DNA of 64,000 bases from Octopus vulgaris (lineage: Eukaryota), in assembly GCA_951406725.2 (NCBI GenBank), contig OX597833.1, positions 41,416,001-41,480,000 of the forward strand, given 5' to 3'. Positions 54,696-64,000 of this stretch are shown here, one piece after another. Positions within the stretch are counted from its first letter, which is position 1; each line of letters starts with the position of its first letter. The position numbers and the translations under genes are program-made. Below the pieces are notes generated by a model, which ran no database searches, had not been told where the DNA came from, and was given only the letters and a program-made list of their open reading frames with translations.

Positions 54696-56509
54696 AGATT
54701 TTTTCTATTTGGCTGCCAGCATTTCAAACATTAAAGTTTATCGAAAATTTTAAAATTTGGCACATTAATGTACTTTTCCAAGTTGAATTGCTGAAGTTAT
54801 TTTACTTTTTCCAGAAAAATGTTTTAAAAAGTTATAAAGGCTTAAAGTTTGATCGTTTTCACCCAGTTAGGAAACAGGGTTTGGGAGCTGTCATTTTGTG
54901 CGTGACTGCACATTTTCTTGTCAAAATCCTGAAAATAGCACGTGTTGTCAATATTTGTATTCTACACGGGGAAAACGAGTAAACAACACTTCTTTTGTAG
55001 TTTGAAGCGTTCAATATGTATTTAATGCGATAGCACGAACTTAAAAGATTTATCTAAAAACGTTATTTAGCCGTTATTTTTGGCACATCTCACAACCACC
55101 TTAAAGACAAAAAAAAAAACAGAAAGAGTAAACAACACGTCTTTTGTAGTTTTAAGCATTCAATATGTGTTAAATGCGATAAACGACACATTACATCCGA
55201 TAAGAAGCAACACATTACAAATTAGATATGCTTAAAAAAAACATTTAAGCATTACTACGAACTTAAAAGATTTATCTAAAAACAAAATAGCGAATTATAA
55301 ATTAAATATTTTAAAAATTGAAAACGAAAATTAGAAATGCATTCAATCAATTTCTTGAACAAATCACGATTTTCATAGTTCCTACGCCACATAAATCCAC
55401 AGAGATATGAATCTACCATAGAACGGTGAGTTCCACAGCGTCTTGAGCGCCTCGCTTTACAGAGGGCCGTGTACTCTCCACTTTTTTAGTGTGGGTACCA
55501 TCTTTCGAGTTAACAAAGCCAGCGTTGTGGTTCACCGTTCTGTGCTCAAAATTGTAACCATCAATTTCAGAAATGTACGCCAGCCGTAAATCGCTGAAAA
55601 TTGTTGTTCCTGGAAGAAACGAGTGACGTATACATTCTTCTAGAGTGTCACTATTCCGACATAGCACCGCATACAGAAAAACTTGTCTGGTCTCGCGACA
55701 CTCTCCTCCGAAGACCCACTGCTCAGGTAGGACCCTTCCTCGGTTGTACTTCTGTCTTGAGAAGACTGTTTCGTCGATTTCAACAATCTTACCAGGACCA
55801 CCCATTTGAATTGGATGACGGAGCAAGTCCTCCGCACATACTTCCCTAGCATAGCTGTTATAATCATCCTCAGTTCTTTAACACAAAACCGAAGTGAAGT
55901 CAATTCCTTAACCCATGAGTAAAGGAAAAGCACTACAGTCCTAAAAAGAAAGGTCCCTCCTTCAAACCAAGTGTTTTTACTCACTAACAAAGACTGCATC
56001 CATTCTCGGCGCGAGCATCACCAGTACACATTCCCACCACGTCTTTTTGTAATCATAATATACTTCGTCCTAGTACATAATTTTCTTTTGGGTACAACAC
56101 TCTTTTCTTGTAGGTACGACACAGCATTCTACTCTAACTTCAGTGTTTCCATCATAGACGCGAGGTCACCGGAGCTTGCTGTCATAATCATCTAGGTAGA
56201 ACAGTAGAACACAGCGTCAACAAGTGGTTTCAGTTTCAATATATCTGTCAACACGTGCTTTCTCGCAGACAAAAGAGTTCTCGTGTTCCGCTTGGAAACA
56301 GGCATGAATGTGTCTGTGGCTTACGATTGACTAAAATTACCCAAAATTTTCAAAGTTTAATCGCTAATAACTCTTTATTTATTGATTTAAACAAAAATGA
56401 TTTTAATGACATTCATTAGTCTATAAAACTGTATCTTTACACTGAATATGAAATTAATTCGAACAGAAATTGATGCTGATTGACGCAGGGAGCCAAACAG
56501 AAAAGATCC
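54696..56509 (-). mobile_element. Full-length, decayed Merlin (IS1016/IS1595-like) DNA transposon
   Basis: Imperfect TIRs AGATTTTTTCTATTTGGCTGCC / GGGAGCCAAACAGAAAAGATCC; exact 8-bp TSD CAAATATA (54688-54695, 56510-56517). Confidence 0.92.
55325..56192 (-). pseudogene. Merlin/ISXO2-type DDE transposase pseudogene
   Basis: KNTWFEG, GGPGKIVEIDET, KYNRGR, WVFGG, PGTTIFSD, HRTVNH, FVNSKDGTHT, DSYLCGFMWRR; stops and frameshifts present. Confidence 0.92.
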
Positions 56510-57814
56510 CAAATATATAATTTTATCATGTGTATGTGTGTGTGTGTGTGTGGTGCATTCGTGTTCCATTTTAATTCCTCAAAACTATTTCCTTATTTCT
56601 ATCAGAAGACCAGAGTAGCTCGCATGTAGCGAGATGTTCGTATTACTTTCTTGTTGTGACCTTGTATTCATATCCTCACCACCCCATTCCTCCACCAAAA
56701 ATCTCAATGAAATTGAACTAACGACGGCGCCTCAACGCGATCACACGACCTTCTACGAGTAGCTGCCATGTCTTATCACATCCTGCCGTCATAATTCTTT
56801 GAACGTGAAAAGTGGATGTATCCACTCAAAATTTTTTTACGGTTAACTGCGGAAAGCAATTTTACTGACAGAGCTTTGAAAAAATAACTCACTTCTTATG
56901 AGAGACGATTTTTTCAAATTTCCTAAATTTTTTTTCTCAAATATTTCCTCAAATATTTCTTTACAGAGCATCTTTAACAAACATCTTTAATGGTGTATAT
57001 ATGCAAAAATTGTAGTTACAGGAGATACCGAAAAAATAATGCAGAAGCAGAAAATATCAGTTCTATTATTTGGTGGATAATTAACATCGTTTCAAAAATG
57101 ACCATGAAAATTTTAATTACATGTACAAAGAGTTAAATAAATAACGATACAGAAAACTTTGTTGTCAGAAAGATGGAATAGTCGCACGATTGCTGCGAGT
57201 GAAAGTGGCCACATGAGCACGCTATGAGTTAGCTGCCGAGTTTCAGTGGGAAAAGTAGGGCTCGTGGGGACGGCAATCCTGGTTTTCCCACTTCATGTGT
57301 CATTTTATGTTGTGTTGTAAAATTGTAATATCATCCGATTTCTTCGATTTTTTCGATTTTGTGTAAATTTTTAAAGATCATTTTTGTGTAATCTCCATTC
57401 GTTTCTCATGAGCCCAAATCATGATGTATTGTCCAACTCTATGTTAGCCCCTTGTGGGCAATAAAGAAATAAGAAAGATGGAATAGTCACAAGCGGAACG
57501 CCTTTAATCATAAAAGTGCTCAATGCTAAAAAAAACTAAAGAACAATAAGAATTTTCGAAATAAGTGAAGCACTTAGTTGTAAATAATGATAAGAATTCC
57601 TGGAATGCTGTAAATTTCAATTGCTCTGAGAATTAGACTTTAGCCTCCTCTCAGTAAAATAAATTCCACAAACTTATTTTTGATAAAGTGTTACCGTCAC
57701 AGTCCTTCGCCTGTTTCCTCGGATTCTGAATTTTGCACAGTAAATGATGCCACTTCAGTGGGCAGTCTACTTCTTCTACAAGAGCTTTATACTGCAAGAT
57801 TATAAAAACAAGTT

Positions 57815-58430
57815 AGGCGGCGTGCTGGCAGAAACGTTAGCATGCCGGGCGAAATGCGTAGCCGTATTTCGTCTGCCGCTACGTTCTGAGTTCAAATTCC
57901 GCCGAGGTCGACTTTGCCTTTCATCCTTTCGGGGTCGATTAAATAAGTACCAGTTACGCACTGGGGTTGATATAATCGACTTAATCCGTGTGTCTGTCCT
58001 TGTTTGTCCTCTCTGTGTTTAGCCCCTTGTGGGTAGTAAAGAAATAGGTATTTCATCTGCCGCTACGTTCTGAGTTCAAATTCCACCGAGGTCGACTTTG
58101 CCTTTCATCCTTTCGGGGTCGATTAAATAAGTACCAGTTCGCATTGGGGTCGATATAATAGACTTAATCCGTTTGTCTGTCCTTGTTTTCTCCTCTGTGT
58201 GTAGCCCCTTGGGGGCAGTAAAGAAATAAGAATCGTTAGCACGCCGTGCAAAATGTTTAGCGGTTTTCGTCTGTCTTTATGCTCCGAGTTCAGATTCCAC
58301 CGGGGTTGACTTTACCTTTCATCCTTTCAGGGTCGATAAAATAAGTACCAGTTGAACACTGGAGTCGATTTAACCGACTTAACCCCTCTCCCAAAGCTGT
58401 TGGCCTTGTGTCAATTTGAAACCAATATTA
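57815..58430 (+). mobile_element. Trimeric SINE family B array
   Basis: Units restart at 57864 and 58048 (184-bp period); third unit joined at GAATCGTTAGC (~58230). Confidence 0.88.
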
Positions 58431-58918
58431 GAAAAACAGTTGAATAATGATTTATTATTAATGACATGAATAACTGATACAAACAATTTACAGTTAAATC
58501 ATTTAATGATGCACGCTTCGTATGGCATTTAGGAATGCCACAAACAAATCGACAGCATCTTTTCTCAGTACTTTCCAGCAAATGTTATCAAGCTATGACT
58601 GGAAAAGCTCACTACTAACCCGAATCCTAAGCACATGTAATAAATTCAAATCATGAAAGGCCACAAAACCAGCTGAGGTCTCAGTAGACTGATCAGGTAG
58701 ACTACCGATAGTGTGGCAGATCGTACTCTAAAGTAGCTCCAAAAATATGGTTATTTAGAGTATGAATATTCAACTATTGTACTATGCGATGCTTGTTACT
58801 AAAATTTGGTCTTCTAAATTTATAGAATATGGAAATAAGAGTTGTAACGTGCATTTCTAAAAGCGTCCATCGCTTTCCGAATAACTTTAATCAGAAATCT
58901 AAAATGTTATAGATTTCT

Positions 58919-59069
58919 GGCGCAGGAGTGGCTGTGTGGTAAGTAGCTTGCTTACCAACCACATAGTTCCGGATTCAGTCCCACTGCGTAGCACCTTGGG
59001 CCGACCAAAGCCTTGTGAGAGGAATTGGTAGACGGAAACTGAAAGAAGCCCGTCGTATATATGTATATA

Positions 59070-59117
<48 letters not shown>

Positions 59118-59225
59118 TATGTTTGTCCCCCCAACATCGCTTGACAACCGATACTGGTGTGGTTGTGTCCCCGTAACTTAGCGGTTCGGCAAAAGAGACC
59201 GATAGAAATAAGTACTAGGCTTACA
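58919..59225 (+). mobile_element. SINE family A (internally deleted, 3'-truncated)
   Basis: Match to family consensus. Confidence 0.85.
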
Positions 59226-59978
59226 CACACTCATATATATATATATGTGTGCGTGATCAGGTAGATTCGTGGAGCTTTAAGTGTTTTCGCTCAATAAACA
59301 CACACAACGCCCAATCTGGGAATCGAAACCTCGAGTCCGCTACCCTAACCACTGGGCCAGTGCGCCTCCACTGCTGCTGCTGATGATGATAATGACGATG
59401 ACGATGATGACGATGACGATAATGATGATGACGATGTTGCTGTTGTTATTTAGCCATAGACTAAATATATTTCTTTATTGCCCACAGGGGGGTAAACATA
59501 GAGGGGACAAACACTGACAGACAAAGGGATTAAGTCGCTTACATCGACTCTAGTGCGTAATTGATACTTATTTAATTGACCCTGATGATGAAAGGATGAA
59601 AGGCAAAGTTGACCTTGGCGGAATTTGAACTCAATGATCAAAGCGATCAATTCGATGTTATCCTGACCTTAAAAAAATAATAAATCAAACACCACATTAT
59701 CTATTGTTTCTCCTTTTTCAAAGACGGTCGGATGTGTCATGAGGAGGACTTAAGCTGCTGTTTCTAGCTGTTGGCATGACCACTTAAAGGCTCTTTCGTT
59801 GGTTATAGTGGCTTTGATTTAGTTCACTATTGGATGTGGATAAGGGTTTGCCTCAACTTGGCTCGCTTCACAACGTCAATGGGATGCTAGAGATAATTAT
59901 CGAACACATTGTCATTGCGTAGAGAACCAAGGAAAATACGTCTGACGAAGACCATCATTTTAAAGGATCTTAACTATA

Positions 59979-60335
59979 GGCGTAGGAGTGACTGTGTGGT
60001 AAGTAGCTTGCTTACGAACCACATGGTTCCGGGTTCAGTCCCACTGCGCGGTACTTTGGGCAAGTGAATGGATTTGGTAGGCGGAAACTGAAAGAAGCAC
60101 GTCGTATATATGTGTGTGTGTGTCCGTGTCCGTGTTTGTCCCCCCAACATCGCTTGACAACCGATGCTGGTGTGTTTACATCCCCATAACTTAGCAGTTC
60201 GGCAAAAGAGACCGATAGAAATAAGTGCTAGGCTTACAAAGAATAAGTCCTGGGGGTGGGGTCGATTTGCTCCACTAAAGGCGGTGCTCCAGCATGGCCA
60301 CAGCCAAATGACTGAAACAAGTAAAAGAGTAGAGT
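59979..60335 (+). mobile_element. SINE family A (internally deleted)
   Basis: Match to family consensus. Confidence 0.85.
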
Positions 60336-60974
60336 AAGACTGATAATTGCAAGTACAGGGAATAAATAAAAACAGCTCAGCTAAGAATCGAACTTGTATT
60401 TGTACGGCGCGTGCATCACCATCGACGGTGTGTATAGCAAGGTCAGACAATAAGCATGTATGCTCGTGAGAGATATTTTTTTACAGACTCAATACTGTTA
60501 TAGTGTCAGCCAACGACAATGTGTGGAGGCGTTATTACAGTAGTAACCTGATCGGTACATAGAAAGCTAAAATAGTATGGTATTCCCCTTAGATATTCGA
60601 TTCTTATACTCAGTCTCCATCTGTGTCAGTTATGTCAGCCTGCTTATAGACTTCATGCAAGTGAGAATTCAACATGTTCCCACCAGTTTTTCTTCTTTTT
60701 TTGTTTGTTTGTTTTTTTTTTTGTTTTTCGAGTCATTTCGTTTTTATATTTATTTATTTGTTATTTTTTGTCTTCGTATATTGTTTCCATAATACATATC
60801 TCGTATCATCACTGCGCATGTTCAACCTTCTCAACTTTGATCAGACGATTAATCACAGATAAATTTATTCATTGCCATTAATATGACCCAATCTCAGTAT
60901 TACACATGAGAAAAGCATGAATCATACTCTCCCCCTTATTCTAGCCACACCCCTAACAATATATATATATATAT

Positions 60975-61122
<148 letters not shown>

Positions 61123-61451
61123 ACACGATCCTTTGTGTCTGGCCAAGAGAAATCATAATAATGATATGTGTTTTACTTCTTGTACACCACTAATACTCTT
61201 GGGAACCTTATGACTATCACAGTATCTCAGTTTCCTTCATCTAAAAAATATGACTTAATGATTTAGCAACAGAAATCAATTTTGTAATCTCAGCTTTTCT
61301 TTTCTTACGCTGCTATCGCCCTTAAAACAACATGAATGTCTCGACTTCCCAACGAACGTAGCACACAAGGGTAAGCTGCAAACAAATGAGGAAGCCTCTG
61401 CGTAATCTCTCGACCTGCTAGAAACAGTAATCGTACCTCCCTTAAATTATT

Positions 61452-61870
61452 ATCTTACTTACATAAGCCCTTCGCTCCCTATGGAGCAGAGGTTATCGAT
61501 GACTTCACTTCACTGTTCTGGATTCTAGGTTGTCTTTATCAAGGTCACTTTTGTTTTGTAGGGAGAGAGAGACCTTAATTTGTGTATCTAGATGTTTTCC
61601 TGAGAAAAGGTCTTTCCCTCCTGAGTCTTGAATTTGAATTGTTATCGATGCTGCTGTAACTTTACTGTTTTTCTAGGTAAGGGTGTTGGCCCTATACAAA
61701 CCCATTTTTACCTCAGAAAAGGGGTGATCCCTATTAATTTTATTCTAACCCTGTAATCTTTCCAGCATGTGGGGAGCCCTACAGCGAGATTGAGCTCCGA
61801 TGGCATAGCTCTCAGGATCTTTGAGGCACGTAAGCCCCCATACCGTAACAACAACTGGACCTTGTGATAG
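61452..61870 (-). mobile_element. Short RTE-derived non-autonomous retroelement (RTE-like 5' leader + RTE-like 3' tail)
   Basis: Minus strand GGGGGCTTACGTGCCTCAAAGATCCTGAGAGCTATGCC resembles RTE/BovB 5' ends; ends GCTCCATAGGGAGCGAAGGGCTTATGTAAGTAAG; possible TSD TAAATTA. Confidence 0.55.
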
Positions 61871-62630
61871 TAAATTACTCTCTACCGTCTATATAAAGAG
61901 AACACATGGGATGAAGAAGTCCTAGCTACAACATGTCTGAATAAATGATGAGACGATTATGGTTTAGAGCATCGTTGGTCATAGTTCTTCTTATTGAGGG
62001 ATGACCTTTCCACCGATGTATTGTCTTATGCATATATTTTCTGTTATCATGACTGCAGTTGCCTTGACAGTGACAGAAGAGACAATAAATTGTATGACAA
62101 CAAACGCAACGAAATCCAACAGATCCACTTGCCTCTCCTCTTGTCGTCATCCTTACTCTACAAACTTTGTACAAAACACTATTTAATCTTTATTTCCCTA
62201 GAGCTGTAACATTCAATTTTATTCCACGTTTACCCTATAATTTTTGGTAGAAGCAAATCTGCGTTGTGGCATTTGTTCGTTTCTTATTGTTGACAGTCAT
62301 TGAGACTACAAGTGACAATTTATTTTAATTTCTCATTCATTTTATTTCTCTAATCAGATTATTAAAGTCATTGTAATTTATGGCTGGTTTTTACACTTAC
62401 GTTTATCTTTATTCTCACACGTACTGTACAGACTGTTACAGACGAGAGTATTGGGTACTGGTTAAGCTGGCACGTGAATTATTAGTTCAATTACCCTGCA
62501 AGCATTTCATTGTGTTCTCAGACAGACCACTTAGTCCTACATGTCTCCAATCATCGTCTAAGTTAAAAGATAAGTTACCAGAACGGTTCTAGAATAGAGA
62601 TTTTATCGTTCATCTGGTTAACGCTACATA

Positions 62631-63815
62631 CAAGGGTCGGCTGAAAAGTTATAGGGTGACCAAGATACTCTGTGACCAACCGAGTTTTATTTTTCAACAT
62701 AGTTACCCCGTACGGTCCATACACTTCTTCTATTGGTGTTGCAGTGCTTGGATCCCATTGGTGAAGAAGTGTTGGTCAAAAAAGTCATCATCACTGCGAT
62801 ACTGGTTCCCAACCAAGTGTTTTTTCATGATGAGGAACTGGTGATTGTCAGATGGGGGCCAAATCAGGAGAATAAGGAGTCTGATAAACCAGTTCAAAGC
62901 CACAGTCACGTACAGCAGCCATTTAAACCAAGGACTTGCGTGCTGGAGCATGAAACAAGACCTCTTTCGTCAGTTTTCCCGAGTGTTTGGTCTTGATAGT
63001 CGTTTGCAGTTGTCTCAGCAAGTTGGTATAGTACTCTCCATTGATGGTGTGACCCTTTTGAAAATAGTCAATGCTTTTTTGCATTCCAAAGAATTCCCTG
63101 CCGATAAAATAATCTTGGCCTTCTTTGGAGCAGGTGGGGAGTGGGTTGTCTCTTTGTCTCTGGCACAAAGTGATGAACCTAACACTCAACCTAGATTAGG
63201 AAACGTTCAAGGAAACCAGCTGGATGTGCCTCAAACAATGTCAGATTTTACCGTGGTACGATCAACCTGGTACGCTTTTGATCAGGTGTCAGTCACTGAG
63301 CAGAAACCTTTTTTCATGCCAAGTATTCTCAACTCTCTCATGAGATATGCTAATAACATTGCCTATTTGAGTTATAGTCAATCGCCTGTCATCCATCTCC
63401 ATGTAGTGAACATGATCAATGTTTTCCTCGGTGGTGGCAGTTTCAGGACGGCCAGACCTTAGATCGTCTTCAAGACTCTCCCTTCTACTCCTAAATTCAG
63501 TTGCCCACTTTTTCATTGTTGATATAAAGCTGGAGCGTCACCGCCCAAGGTAACAGCCATGTCAGCATGAATGTTCTTGGTGATTAAACCCTTTTTCTGC
63601 TGGTACTTGATAGCACGACGATGCCAAATTTTGTCCATTTTCAAGAGAAGTTGCTATTTGTTACTTTTGAAGTCTTCTTTGAAGAGTCAGATATCAGTTT
63701 TCCTGGAAAGAAACAATGCAATTATTGTTAAGAAGAATTAAAATTAATGCTTGCATTTCATCGCTCTGACATCAATCCTTCATAGTCAGCCTATGAACTT
63801 TCCAGCTTACTCTCG
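62631..63815 (-). mobile_element. Full-length decayed mariner transposon (irritans-like)
   Basis: TA-flanked imperfect TIRs CAAGGGTCGGCTGAAAAGTT / AACTTTCCAGCTTACTCTCG; relic ORF MDKIWHRRAIKY, KKWATEF..ESLEDDLRSGRP, IDYFQKGHTINGEYY, GKLTKEVLFH, FFTNGIQALQH. Confidence 0.9.
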
Positions 63816-64000
63816 TATGAGCACTGATCTTGTGGTGAGTTGGTGAGGCGATTAATTTAGCTTCAAGGTTAACTTATACAAGTATCGTAAACATTGGAGT
63901 AAGCTCTCGGTATGCTGTTAAATCTTATGAAACTGGAGGTTGATTTCCGGTTAACATATTTTTCACTTCACTTACTTTCCTAGTTACAATGATATTCTAG

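Noticed and set aside
59938-59975. CTGACGAAGACC
   Set aside because: No downstream stem II/GAAA half.

Overview
AT-rich, microsatellite-saturated eukaryotic DNA; the SINE families are ones I recall from Octopus, so a cephalopod source is an inference. Almost all ORFs in the track are microsatellite or SINE artefacts. Only one cellular coding exon is supported: 17218-17519 (+), a secreted beta-lactamase/serine-hydrolase-family protein whose catalytic SxxK reads GxxK. No downstream exon was found, so the remaining ~46 kb may be intron. The rest is layered transposon debris: three tRNA-type SINE families, non-autonomous Helitrons, a complete Merlin element with an 8-bp TSD plus related MITEs, hAT and Tigger MITEs, mariner, pogo/Tigger and Chapaev3-like transposase relics, a stop-free 5'-truncated CR1/L2-group LINE RT, an LTR with a tRNA-Trp-like PBS, and an RTE-derived short element. 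The most notable signal is a set of Penelope-type minimal hammerhead ribozymes from several unrelated families. The clearest case is a 1.4-kb tandem-plus-inverted array (31759-33132) carrying four intact-looking hammerheads in both polarities. All calls were made by eye; boundaries of degenerate elements are approximate.
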